Shown here one piece after another: positions 14,371 through 25,948 of a stretch of 64,000 bases of DNA (its first letter is position 1; the number at the start of each line of letters is the position of its first letter). The translations under genes were made by a program, and so were the position numbers. The notes under the pieces were generated by a model. It saw only the letters and a list, made by a program, of their open reading frames with translations. It ran no database searches and was not told the origin of the DNA. The stretch comes from Macrostomum lignano (lineage: Eukaryota). The stretch covers positions 186,001 through 250,000 of the forward strand of contig NIVC01000327.1 in the NCBI GenBank assembly GCA_002269645.1, in the 5' to 3' direction.

Positions 14371-15458
14371 GATAGGTCAGTCTATCAAGCCAGTGTATTG
14401 TGTCATCTATCAATCAATTAAATCATTAAATCATTAAATTCCCGAACGTCTATTTTGTGCCCAATTTCTTGGCATCCTGTCGATTCTCACGAAAGCCTAA
14501 AAGCAAAAAATAACCCTCAGTTTGTGTCTCATGCAAGCAAGCTTGTGCTCAAAGTCAGCACCAACCAGCAGTCCCCAGCCAGATATGGTCTACCGCACAG
14601 ACCAGAGCATTTTGAATTAACGAATGAATGAAAACTGTCAGCCCTTACCCTTAAGTTTCTTATTTTTATGGCGACATAGGACGGCTATATGGAAGTGAGA
14701 ATTTTTATTGCAAGAGTAGCAACTGAGAGAGAGAGAGGCAGGAGAAAGGGAAAGGGCAGGGTGTGGCCTGAGTTCCGCGCAGCCGGGGTGACTCATTGCT
14801 GCACAACACACGCACAGTTAGTTGCTGTTGCTATAGGCAGGCCCGAGCTAAGAGAGCGGCCTACGGCCTAATTTCTGTGCATTATAGAGAGGCCCGAAAA
14901 AGTTGAATGCATTTAACAATGCTCCGTGCTCAGATGCATACAGGGAAGCAGAATCCAAGCAGGTCCTGTGGCGGTTGGTTGAAGAACAAGTCTCTATACT
15001 TCTAACTGCATGTACGCACGCTGCGGCATGGACAGTCCTGCCCAGGCATTGCCGACCTCCTCTACCTTTTAAAGCTACTCTCGACTCTCTTCTCTCCCTC
15101 TCCTTTCTCTTATGAAGTCCTTGCCAAGCAGTGTATATTATTAGGCACACACAGAGCTTACCTATTAGAGACTTTATTGACTGTACTTAAGGCCATCCCA
15201 TGCTGCCAAAGCCCCTGCCAATCAGCATGTAAGAGACGGACAGGACAGACAATAACTGGCACAGGAAAGGAAGGGCAGAGCGCGGAGACGCAAAGCATAC
15301 AATATAGTTAAAGATCCTATTGTCAATCGCTCTCGCCGTTTCGCCGTCCGGTCAAAAAAAACCCCGCAGACACACAAAAACTCACTTCGTTATTGCACTA
15401 TAATTCCAGTGTCAGAAACGCAAATAAATGATCGGCAGCTAACTGATCTCAATTGACG

Positions 15459-16004
15459 ATGATGCAACCAATGATGTCGCCTCCGAGTGCAGCTGGTCAG
15501 GCGTGTCCCAGGATCAAATGCGTGGTTGTCGGAGACGGCGGCGCCGGCAAGACCTGCCTGCTGTCAACTTACTCCAGAGGAGTGTTTCCCACCGACTACG
15601 TCCCCACAGTGTTTGATAACTACGACACAGTGGCTAGAGTTGATGGAGTTCCTGTGCAGCTGGGACTCTGGGACACGGCCGGCCAGGAGGACTATGACAA
15701 GCTGAGGCCGCTGAGCTATCCGCAGACAGACGTGTTCATCGTCTGTTTCAGCATCGGCAACAGGACCTCATTCAGCAATGTGTCAGACAAATGGCAACCG
15801 GAGTTGCAGAGCCACTCGCCAGGGACTCCGGTTCTGCTGGTTGGTACAAAGTGCGATCTAAGAGACGATCCCGACTTTGCCAATCACCTGCGACTGCACA
15901 ACCAGCGGGCGGTCACCAAGCAGGAGGCCAATGCCGTGGCCACCTCTATTGGAGCAATAAAGTACACCGAGTGCTCAGCTCTGAGAGGGGTCAACATCGG
16001 CCAG
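15459..16004 (+). CDS. RAC: Rac-like Rho-family small GTPase, exon 1 (182 codons)
   Basis: [15 protein letters not shown]-loop, YVPTVFDNY switch [40 protein letters not shown]. First ATG at 15459 follows an in-frame stop; donor CAG|GTGAGA at 16005. Confidence 0.95.
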
Positions 16005-16044
16005 GTGAGAGACGTCGGACCGAGGTTGAGATGAAGAGCATCTT

Positions 16045-17254
16045 TGGGGGCGTCGTCTTATTTGAGTGGGCGCCATTTCATTTGAGGGAGATGCCATTTC
16101 ATCTGGGGGCGCCATTTTATTTGAGGGGCGCCATTTTATTTGAGGTGGGGCGCCATTTTATTTGAGGTGGGGCGCCATTTCATTTGAGGTGGGGCGCCAT
16201 TTTATTTGAGGTGGGGCGCCATTTCATTTGAGGTGGGGCGCCATTTTATTTGAGAGAGGCGCGCCATTTAATTTGAAAGGCGCAAGTTCATTTTTGGGAG
16301 GCGCGCCATTTCATTTGAGGGAGGCGCGCAATTTCATTTGAGGGTGGCGCCATTTTATTTGAGGGGTGAGGGGGCGCCATTTCATTTATGAGGGCGCCAT
16401 TTCTTTTGAGGTGGGCCCCATTTTATTTGAGTAGGCGCCATTTCGTTTGAGGGGGCGCCATTTCATTTGAGGGGGCGCCATTTCATTTATGAGGGCGCCA
16501 TTTCATTTGAGGTGGGGCGCCATTTTATTTGAGTAGGCGCCATTTCATTTGAGGGGGCGCCATTTCATTTGAGGGGGCGCCATTTCATTTGAGGGGGCGT
16601 CATTTTATTTGAGGGGGCGCCATTTCATTTGAGGGGTGCCGTTTTATTCGAGGGGGGCGCCATTTCATTTATGAGGGCGCCATTTCATTTGAGGTGGGGC
16701 GCCATTTTATTTGAGTAGGCGCCATTTCATTTGAGGGGTCGCCATTTCATTTGAGGTGGGGCGCCATTTCATTTGAGGTGGGGCGCCATTTCATTTGAGG
16801 TGGGGCGCCATTTCATTTGAGGTGGGGTGCCATTTTATTTGAGGGGCGCAATTTCATTTGAGGGGGCGTCATTTTATTTGAGGGGGCGCCATTTCATTTG
16901 AGGGGTGCCGTTTTATTCGAGGGGGGCGCCATTTCATTTATGAGGGCGCCATTTCATTTATGAGGGCGCCATTTCATTTATGAGGGCGCCATTTCATTTG
17001 AGGTGGGGCACCATTTTATTTGAGTAGGCGCCATTTCATTTGAGGGGTCGCCATTTCATTTGAGGTGGGGCGCCATTTCATTTGAGGTGGGGCGCCATTT
17101 CTTTTGAGGTGGGGCGCCATTCCATTTGAGGTGGGGTGCCATTTTATTTGAGGGGCGCAATTTCATTTTTGGGAGGCGCGCCATTTCATTTGAGGGGTGA
17201 GGGGGCGCCATTTCATTTAAGAGAGGCGCCATTTCATTTATGAGGGCGCCATTT
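16045..17254. repeat. 20-22-bp minisatellite (GAGGTGGGGCGCCATTTCATTT) in the Rac intron
   Basis: About 55 tandem units with a GGCGCC core. Confidence 0.95.
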
Positions 17255-17813
17255 CGGGTCCATGAGAATTGCCCGCAGACAAATTGCCCGCCGAGATTTG
17301 CCCGCAGTGCAATTTGCCCGTGGAGATTTGCCCGCCGAGCTTTTCCCGCGGAGATTTGCCCGCAGTGCATTTTGCCCGTGAGCGAATTGCCCGTTGGATG
17401 AGTTTGGTTGAAAAAACGTGACAGTCTATGGTTCAAACCACCTCCTTCGTCGTATTGAAATCTATGGGATGGATGAGTTTGCTTGCTCCTTGGCTGAGAT
17501 AGCTCGCAAAAACCAATACTAAGCATTGGGAAGGCAATGCAGACAAAATCTGCCGCGTCGCTTAATGCGCTGCAGGAAAAAAGCATTGCGGGCAAACCTC
17601 GGCGGGCAACTCGCTCGCGGGCAAATTGCACTGCGGGCAAATCTCGGTGGGCAATTCTCGGCGGGCAAATCTCCACGGGCAATTCGCTCACGGGCAAAAT
17701 GCACTGCGGGCAAATCTCCGCGGGAAAAGCTCGGCGGGCAAATCTCCACGGGCAAATCTCCTGCGGGCAAATCTCGGCGGGCAATTCGTCTGCGGGCATT
17801 TCTCGTGCTCCCG
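17255..17813. mobile_element. Foldback/MITE-like element with ~140-bp TIRs built from ~15-bp (GAGATTTGCCCGCCG-like) subrepeats
   Basis: Left arm CGGGTCCATGAGAATTGCCCGCAGACAAATTGCCCG... matches the reverse complement of the right arm (...GGGCATTTCTCGTGCTCCCG) over ~140 bp. No clean TSD seen. Confidence 0.85.
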
Positions 17814-17906
17814 TGCATTGTACATTGATTACAGGGGCGATTTCTACTTACGAATAAAAAAACCAATAAAAACTTAGCTCGATCGATCCTTTCATAAAAA
17901 TCCCAG

Positions 17907-18029
17907 GTATTCGAAGATGCAATTCGATGCGTCCTGTGGCCCGAGCTGTTCCCAGTTGCCAGGCAAGGCAAGAGAGGCAAAGGATCAAGGAAAGGGTCGA
18001 GCAAGAAAAAGTCGTGCTCGATTCAGTGA
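17907..18029 (+). CDS. RAC: Rac-like GTPase, exon 2 (VFEDAIRCVL...polybasic...CSIQ*)
   Basis: Acceptor tcccag|GTATTC, phase 0, continuing NIGQ-VFEDAIRCVL as in Rac VFDEAIRAVL; K/R-rich tail and CAAX box; TGA at 18027-18029. Spliced protein 222 aa. Confidence 0.93.
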   Translation, partial: VFEDAIRCVLWPELFPVARQGKRGKGSRKGSSKKKSCSIQ

Positions 18030-18419
18030 GCAAAATTCTTGTGTTAGCAAAAATTGGTTTTATAGTTTTATTTTAATCTCTCAGCGCAATCGTCATGCCT
18101 ACTCTTAGTAGTTTGCTGGTTAAACTTCAAGTTTTTTTCGCAAAATTAGTTGTATTTATTTTCATGATGATGGCTTTCTGTGACTTCAACTGTTTAAACA
18201 AAATCTTTCCAATTCTGTTTACTATTGTGCTCTGTGTTATGTGGCCATATGTTAAGCAATATTTTCTAAATTTTTACAAAGCTTAGATTCAATTTTGTAG
18301 ATGTTCTTGTTGAACCAAAATTCTTCAGTTACTAATATGGATCCAAGTTTGATACAGAACTTGTACTTGACAATCAGCTGTTTAAATTTTTTATAACATT
18401 CGGTAGAACTGATAAATCT

Positions 18420-18945
18420 CAAGATCTGACACTGTCAGGGACAAATCCTGAGGATCTGACACTGTCAGGGACAAATCCTGAAAATCTGACACTGTCAGAG
18501 ACAAATCCTGAAAATCTGACACTGTCAGGGACAAGTCCTGAGGATCTGACACTGTCAGGGACAAATCCTGAGGATCTGACACTGTCAGAGACAAATCCTG
18601 AAAATCTGACACTGTCAGGGACAAGTCCTGAGGATCTGACACTGTCAGGGACAAGTCCTGAGGATCTGACACTGTCAGGGACAAATCCTGAGGATCTGAC
18701 ACTGTCAGGAACGAATCCTGAGGATCTGACACTGTACGGAACAAATCCTGAGGATCTGACACTGTACGGAACGAATCCTGAGGATCTGACACTGTACGGA
18801 ACGAATCCTGAGGATCTGACACTGTACGGAACGAATCCTGAGGATCTGACACTGTCAGGAATGAATCCTGAGGATCTGACACTGTACGGAACGAATCCTG
18901 AGGATCTGACACTGTCAGGAACGAATCTTGAGGATCTGACACCGT
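18420..18945. repeat. 30-bp minisatellite (ATCCTGAGGATCTGACACTGTCAGGGACAA)
   Basis: About 17 tandem units. Confidence 0.95.
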
Positions 18946-19554
18946 CAAGTTTCCAATTTGATAAGAAATTCTAAGGCAGTGCCATGCAAAAACAACCGCA
19001 TCTCTAAACGCTTCATTTTTGTACAATACTACTTTAAGTAATTGTTCTAAAAGACAATCAAGCAATTACATCTCCCAAGCATTTTCATCTGTTAACATGG
19101 GGAGACACTGTTACAACCTCCCAAAATGTTTAAATCTCTCTGACCTCAAAAACAACAAAAATTATTAAATGCCTAAAATTTAGTGTCTTTTTAATCGTCT
19201 ACTGGCCTTGCTGTGTTAATACAATCGCTTTTAGCTACTCAAAAAACCTCTACAGCCTACTCACTCAGTGCATTATAAGTAGTAGTAGTGTTTTATATTT
19301 GCAATAATAAACCAAAAAAATAAATCATTTGTAAAATCTCAGCAATTCATTAAATGGATTTCTAGGTTCATAGTACAAAAAAATTGGCAAAACGTTTTTT
19401 AAGAACGCTGACTTATTATCTTTATTTTTTTCTTTTAAAACACATGACATACAGTACTGGTACAAAGCATTAAGCCCCCTGCAGCTCTGCCATGTCGAGT
19501 GGCACAACTGATAGGTAATAATCATAGGCTTGTAGCATTGTTTATACAAGTGCC

Positions 19555-20235
19555 GATTGGTCATACAGTTGAATCGATCATACGCATACAATCATTCAAT
19601 GAACACCAGTGATAAGTGGTCATACAATCAGTCAATCAGTCATTCAATAAACATCAGTCATAAAACTGGTCATACAATCGGTCATTCAATAGGCATCAGT
19701 CATAAAACTGGTCATACAATCATTCATTCAATGAACATCAGTCACAACGCTAGTCATAAAACTGGTCATACAATCGGTCATTCAATAAACATCAGTCATG
19801 TAACTGATCATACAATCGGTCATTCAATAAACATCAGTCATATAACTGATCATACAAGCGGTCATTCAATAAACATCAGTCATATAACTGATCATACAAT
19901 CGGTCATTTAATAGCCATCAGCCATAAAACTGATCATACAAGCGGTCATTCAATAAACATCAGTCATATAACTGATCATACAAGCGGTCATTCAATAAAC
20001 ATCAGTCATAAAACTGATCATACAACCGGTCATTCAATAAACATCAGTCATAAAACTGATCATACAATCGGTCATTAAATAGGCAACGGTCATAAAACTG
20101 ATCATAAAATCGGTCATTAAATAGGCAACGGTCATAAAACTGATCATACAATCGGTCATTAAATAGGCAACGGTCATAAAACTGATCATACAATCGGTCA
20201 TTCAATAAACATCACTCATAAAAAACTGGTCATGA
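19555..20235. repeat. 42-bp minisatellite (TCATACAATCGGTCATTCAATAAACATCAGTCATAAAACTGA) abutting the API5 stop codon
   Basis: About 15 tandem units. Confidence 0.93.
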
Positions 20236-20243
20236 TGATTACA

Positions 20244-20769
20244 TCAACGGTTGCCGCTGCCGCTTGAACGCCGTCCAGCAGTCGCCGAGGCCACGGCGCC
20301 AGCCCCAGTGTACACATTATAGTACCTGGATCGGCCACCCCTAGCCGCAGAGCTGTGCTTTGGCATCGGGCCAACTGCCGAGCTGAACTTGCCAACTGGC
20401 GGTCGGTACACCGGCAGATCCACTGCTCGCCGTTTACGCGACGTTGTCGACCCGGCGGCGTCAGAGGAATCCCGACCCGGACGCTTTGTCGGTGAATCCA
20501 ACAGCAGTTCGTCGCTGTCCGACGGTCGAATATTTGGAGCGGCAATTCTGCGACGACTTTTCTGCTGGCCGCCCAGCAACCAGGAAGGCGTCAGGGCTGC
20601 AGCCGCCGATGATTCAGACTGACCCGGAGGTCGGCTTAGCAACTTAGGCAGCAGTAGGTATTCGATTAGGCGACAGATTTTCGATGTAGTTGCTAGGGCG
20701 ATTGAAATAGCTGACGAGTTTGTAGAATCGGATGACGGTTTTAACGACTGCTGATAGGACCGGCTGGCG
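20244..20769 (-). CDS. API5: Apoptosis inhibitor 5, terminal exon
   Basis: Acceptor cttcag| phase 2; VYRPPVGKFSSAV matches the API5 C-terminal IYNPPSGKYSSNL motif; R/G-rich tail; TGA at 20246-20244. Confidence 0.88.
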
Positions 20770-20869
20770 CTGAAGTACATTTGAGAATGAGAGTGTAGTA
20801 CATTATAATGTGCTGTATTAGTTATTAGCTTTTGTAACAATGTAGGCTGGGTGACAGTGTGATTCTACA

Positions 20870-21870
20870 GGAATATCGTATTTCTTGAATTTCAGGCATT
20901 TATGGAAATATGGGATTTCAGGTGTTTATGGGATTATGGGATTTCAGGCATTTATAGGAATATGGGATTTCAGGTGTTTATGGTAATATGGGATTTCAGG
21001 CATTTATGGAAATATGGGATTTCAGGTGTTTATGGGATTATGGGATTTCAGGCATTTATAGGAATATGGGATTTCAGGCATTTATGGAAATATGGGATTT
21101 CAGGTGTTTATGGGATTATGGGATTTCAGGCATTTATGGAAATATGGGATTTCAGGTGTTTATGGGATTATGGGATTTCAGGCATTTATAGGAATATGGG
21201 ATTTCAGGCAGTTATGGTAATATGGGATTTCAGGCATTTATGGGAATATGGGATTTCAGGTGTTTATGGGATTATGGGATTTCAGGCATTTATAGGAATA
21301 TGGGATTTCAGGCAGTTATGGTAATATGGGATTTCAGGTGTTTATGGGATTATGGGATTTCAGGCATTTATGGAAATATGGGATTTCAGGTGTTTATGGG
21401 ATTATGGGATTTCAGGCATTTATAGGAATATGGGATTTCAGGCAGTTATGGTAATATGGGATTTCAGGCATTTATGGGAATATGGGATTTCAGGTGTTTA
21501 TGGGATTATGGGATTTCAGGCATTTATAGGAATATGGGATTTCAGGCAGTTATGGTAATATGGGATTTCAGGCATTTATGGGAATATGGGATTTCAGGTG
21601 TTTATGGGATTATGGGATTTCAGGCATTTATAGGAATATGGGATTTCAGGCATTTATGGGATTATGGGATTTCAGGCATTTAAGGGATTATGGGATTTCA
21701 GGCATTTATGGGAATATGGGATTTCATGTATTTATTGGATTATAAGATTTCAGGCATTTAGTGGTATTGTGGTATTTTTATTGTTTCAAGGAATAACTGG
21801 ATTAAGGATATCTATGGGATTGTGGGATTTCGGATATTATTATGGGATCATGGGATTTCATAGGATTATG
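20870..21870. repeat. 20-bp minisatellite (ATGGGATTTCAGGCATTTAT-like) in the last API5 intron
   Basis: About 45 tandem units. Confidence 0.95.
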
Positions 21871-21943
21871 AGAATCAGATAATTATAGGACCAGTGCAGA
21901 TGGTAATCCGGAGTAACTCATTATTTTGCGCATACTTAATTAC

Positions 21944-22175
21944 CTCTGACAATGTTTTAAACGATTCTGCAGAGCATCAAAAGCGCCGGCGTTAGTACCA
22001 AAGTAGTCTTGCCTGGCCTGAGTCAGTCTATGCACAGCAAACAGTAGGCTTTCGATATGGGAAAAATTGTATTCGGTTGTTGATTTAGAAGAGCCATCCT
22101 CATGATGCGGCAGCTCAGAATCCAACTGGTTGAGAAGGCAGGATAGCTGCTGGTCTGTTGCTTTGAAGTCCGGAC
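21944..22175 (-). CDS. API5: API5 internal exon
   Basis: Phase 1 in, phase 2 out; NFSHIESLLFAVHRL matches API5 QFSYVECLLYSFHQL. Confidence 0.9.
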
Positions 22176-22254
22176 CTGAAAAATTCGTTATAAACAAAAT
22201 TACAAAGGATTTTACTGAGGTTCACAGCTACGATAGCCGTAATTAATATCACTT

Positions 22255-22530
22255 GACAACCGTTGCTACGGTAATCATAAACAAAAGTTTAATTTTAAAA
22301 AGCGTTCCTAGGGCAAACATAAATCATGGCAATAACTTAGTAACCGTTGCTAGGGTAAATAAAAATCTTGGCAATAACTCGGCAACCGTCGCTAGGGCAG
22401 ACAAATCTAGGAAATAATTTGGTAACCGTTGCTAGGGTAAATAAAAACCTGGGCATTACCTTGGCAACAGTTAAAAGGGTAAAAAAATCTTGGCGTTAAC
22501 TTGGCAACCGTTGCTAGGGTAAATACCTTG
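22255..22530. repeat. Degenerate ~40-bp repeat (GGCAACCGTTGCTAGGGTAAAT core) in an API5 intron
   Basis: Six to seven related units. Confidence 0.8.
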
Positions 22531-22612
22531 ACAACTGCTGTTAGTGTAAGGATACTTTATACCTTAGCAACGAGGCTATAAAAGAACTGTTTGTCATTAA
22601 AAAGCGACTTAC

Positions 22613-22754
22613 TGACATGAGAGCTCAGCTCAGCTAACTGCTGCATCAACTCCAATCTTGGCCGATCTCCATCAGCCAGCTCGGGCACCTGGCTGAGCTG
22701 CGGCAGCACCTTGTCGAGATAGTACGTCACGAACTTGTCCGAGATGATGCTTTT
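22613..22754 (-). CDS. API5: API5 internal exon
   Basis: Acceptor tcgcag|AAA, donor A|GTAAGT; KSIISDKFVTYYLDKVLPQL...LELMQQLAELSS matches API5 KNVHSTRFVTYFCEQVLP...LEVLKLLAEMSS. Confidence 0.92.
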
Positions 22755-22799
22755 CTGCGAAATGTTGGAGTTGAAAGCTTGATTTAGGGACCTTAATGG

Positions 22800-23030
22800 G
22801 GTAGACACCATTAATGAATAAGGTCATGACCTTGACCCAAAAACAATGACCCTGACACCATTAATGAATAAGGTCATGACCTTGACCCACATGTAATAAC
22901 CCTGCAACATTAGTGAATTGATGAATAAGATCATGACCTTGACCCACAACCTATGATCCTGACACCATTAGCGAATTGATGAATAAGGTCATGACCTTGA
23001 CCCACAACTTATAACCCTGACACCACTATT
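22800..23030. repeat. ~55-62-bp repeat (ATGAATAAGGTCATGACCTTGACCCA core) in an API5 intron
   Basis: Four related units. Confidence 0.85.
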
Positions 23031-23084
23031 ATTACAACCCAATACTCAAAACCCCGATGCGTAAAACAGCACAGCATGACTCAC

Positions 23085-23522
23085 CGACAGAAACGGCAAT
23101 GCCTGTCTAGCGCAGCCTCTCACTCGACCAACGCAGGCCAAGTCCTGGGGCTCGAACTCGGCACTGTCAGTTGGATCAATAGCATCAATAGCCTGAGCAC
23201 AGATTGCGTCAACAAGCCGCTGTCTACCGCTAACAGTTTGCATGCACTGTAGAGAGGCGAGAACTTTAATAAAACAAGTGAACTCGGCTTCTGTAACATC
23301 CTCAAGAGCTGTGGTGACTTGTTCAACAATTACTTCTTCAACTTCGGGCGTCATCTGGCAGCGATCGATGCAGAGGATCCGGTCGGAGAGGAAGCGAATG
23401 CAGCGACGGCGAGCGGCCTCGGGCAGGTCAGGGTGGCTCAGCTGAGAGAAGATGGCGCGTATTGATGCTTGAGCAGCTGAGCTGAGCACAGATAACAGGG
23501 ACTGTTCGACTAGAGACAGCTC
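23085..23522 (-). CDS. API5: API5 internal exon (146 codons)
   Basis: Phase 0/0; ALEDVTEAEFTCFIKVLASLQCMQTVSGRQRLV matches API5 VLEDVTGEEFVLFMKILSGLKSLQTVSGRQQLV. Confidence 0.95.
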
Positions 23523-23589
23523 CTGGTGATGGAGGTGAGAAGGCTAGATGAGCCAAATGCATACGAGTACATTGATTCCGTTGAACCTT

Positions 23590-23980
23590 TAGAATGGGAT
23601 TAAAAGCCCTTGGATGGAATTAAAGTCCCTTGGATGGGATTAAAATTAAAATTCCTTGGATGGTATTAAAATCCCCTGGGTGGGATTTAAACCCCTTGGA
23701 TGGGATTAAAATCACTTGGATGGGATTAAAATCACTTGGATGGGATTCAAATGCCTGTGGTGAGATTTAAATCCCTGGAATGGGATTAAATTACCTGGAA
23801 TAATTTTAAAATACCTATACCTGGAATGGGATTAAAATCCTTGGGATGTGGTTAAAATCCCTGGAATAAGATTAAAATCTCTAGGATGCGATTAATAATA
23901 TCTTTAGGATGGGATTGGACTAAAATCCCTGTTTTAGGATAAAATTTAGGATAAATATTTTCGATGGGATTATTCCAAAT
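23590..23980. repeat. 20-bp minisatellite (TGGATGGGATTAAAATCCCT) in an API5 intron
   Basis: Degenerate tandem units. Confidence 0.85.
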
Positions 23981-24046
23981 TATTGTATAGAAGGAATAAA
24001 ATGTTAGTAATGAAAGTGCCTACTCAAGCATAAAAACATGGCATAC

Positions 24047-24394
24047 CTTGTCATCGTCAGTTTGCATTAGCTGTACAAGTACATCGGACACTTTAGTAGC
24101 ATATTCGTTGATTCGATTTGAATCCTTATTCGACCTACTACTAGTGTTAGTAGTAGTAGTAGCACTGGAGCCCAAGCAGAGGCGAGGCAGGCCACTGATG
24201 ACTTGCCTTCGAGTTTGAGAGTCATCGTCTTCAACCAGATCGATTAGGGCATTGAAGGCGGCTTTCTGATGCGACTCAGAGATGTTTAGCCCAGGTAATA
24301 GACGACAGATAAGCTGGGCAGACAGGCGCTTGATGTGCGGTTCGGCACTTGCAGTGGCATACTCGGATAGTATTTTGTCAAATACTGAATCATT
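24047..24394 (-). CDS. API5: API5 5' exon (start-codon exon not resolved)
   Basis: KRLSAQLI...AFNALIDLVEDDDSQTRRQVISGLP...VSDVLVQLMQTDD matches the API5 N-terminal HEAT region; donor AAG|GTATGC. Acceptor is either cactag|AAT (24394) or ttcag|TA, the latter compatible with a short upstream MKLPEYLKLLDFK exon. Confidence 0.9.
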
Positions 24395-24589
24395 CTAGTG
24401 TGCGAGGTGAGAAAGGTGAGAGTATACTTTTAAAATCTAGTAATTTAAGGTACTCTGGCAACTTCATTTTCCCCGTGCCAGTTGCCAATTTAGAAAAAAA
24501 ATGAAATGATGTTATAATAAGTGAAAAAAAGTGCCATATGAATTGATATGATGGGATTGTTAGTTTATTATTGTTTGCAGCGTAGTGCA

Positions 24590-24810
24590 TGCGCCTTTGT
24601 CGGTTGACAGGGCGCGTTGCACTTTGGGGCTGGCTAGGGGGGGGGGGTTGGCGGGCGTGGCAGGGTCTGGCCGCCAGCCGGGCTTTGCGCGTGCCCCTGC
24701 CCCGAGCTCAGGGCTGGTTGGCTGCGGCCGGGCTAGCTTTGGCGCGGGTGCAGCCCCTCCCCCCCTAGGCGGGGTTTTGATTGGCTGGCCGGCGCGGCCA
24801 GTCTATTTTT
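24590..24810 (-). promoter_or_regulatory. GC-rich putative API5 promoter with a CCAAT box
   Basis: GC island in AT-rich flanks directly upstream of API5; GATTGG near 24779-24784 reads CCAATC on the API5 strand. Position-based inference. Confidence 0.35.
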
Positions 24811-25443
24811 AGGTAGTTTGTTTGTTTTGTTGGGCTTAGCCGGTGGGGCCGTCTGCCCCAGGGTTTGTGTGTTATTTATGGTGCGGCTCTGGGTCTTGCC
24901 CACTCCCTACGTGCTTTTTGGGTTTTGGTGTGCTCCGAGAAAGCAAGCGCAAGACGTGACGCAAGAAACAGCAACATTAGCTACTTCGATAAAAGAAAAC
25001 ACAAGAGCCTAATTGAGAAGAGTCTTTGAGAATTGAGAAGAAGTCAGAAACTGTGCTTGAGACCAACGAGAAAATCAATAAACATACGAACGGCAATTTG
25101 GCCACGGGTAAGCTGCCTGCTGCTTGAGTTCATTCTTTTCTGGGGAGCTTGTTAGGCTGCGGGAGGTTTGTGCTAGAGCGTCATAACGCCGGGAGAGCAT
25201 ATAGCGTATTGTAGTACTGTACCGGCTACTCTATATAGTGTGTACAACCTACAGTATCGAGACTAGAAGCACTCGAGAGTGTCACCACACCTCGAGCCGC
25301 AGCGTGAACTCTGAGTGTCACAAAATCAGAGGGATCGAACTATTATCGCAGAGCGTCGTCACGCCTGCTTGTATCCATAAAAGTACAGACAGAGTGTCAC
25401 TACGCCTGTATATTATTTATAATATTTATATTCTCGGGACTGG

Positions 25444-25866
25444 TGTAACGAGTCCGGTATATTTAATATTACTAGCGAAGAGAGAGAGTATTAGCAACGT
25501 ATATGGTTCAGCAGATACGTCTGTCAGTCCTGGACGATTTACTATACTCGGAGCATAAGAAATCTTACTGTCTTAGTATGAATGCGTACACTGGTGATCG
25601 GCTCTGATTATAATTATTGTATCTCACGTACATGCTAGGTTGATCTACGTCCCAGGCTGCCACACGCTTACAGAAAAAGACTAGAACTTACATGTTAAAA
25701 TTATGAGTCGCATTTCTTGGAAACGGAAACCAAATTAACAAAATACGTAATATTAAAACCCTAGAATAATTACGCACGTAATCTAAACAGCTAAGGATTT
25801 GAATAAAGTTAAAATACACCATGTTAATAAACTAGATTTGAATTACAGAATTTCCAAACCGTTACA
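25444..25866 (+). mobile_element. Solo LTR (Gypsy-like), 423 bp
   Basis: Termini TGTAACG...CGTTACA (7-bp inverted); 4-bp TSD CTGG at 25440-25443 and 25867-25870; AATAAA near 25802; no internal retroviral ORFs. Confidence 0.75.
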
Positions 25867-25948
25867 CTGGGCACCCAAACTGACCTGGGTTACAATAGCA
25901 GCATAGATAACAATCTTAGAGTTAAGAGAACAAATTTCTGCTTTTCAA

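Noticed and set aside
14649-14722. CYSCNKNSHFHIAVLC as a gag zinc knuckle
   Set aside because: Spacing is CX2CX4HX6C rather than CX2CX4HX4C, and no other retroelement features are nearby.
15428-15442. uORF MIGS* upstream of Rac
   Set aside because: Four-codon ORFs are expected by chance and the transcript start is unknown.
15453-16034. Rac as a single-exon 193-aa ORF ending VRDVGPRLR
   Set aside because: Lacks the final helix and CAAX; the GT donor at 16005 and the exon at 17907 complete the protein.
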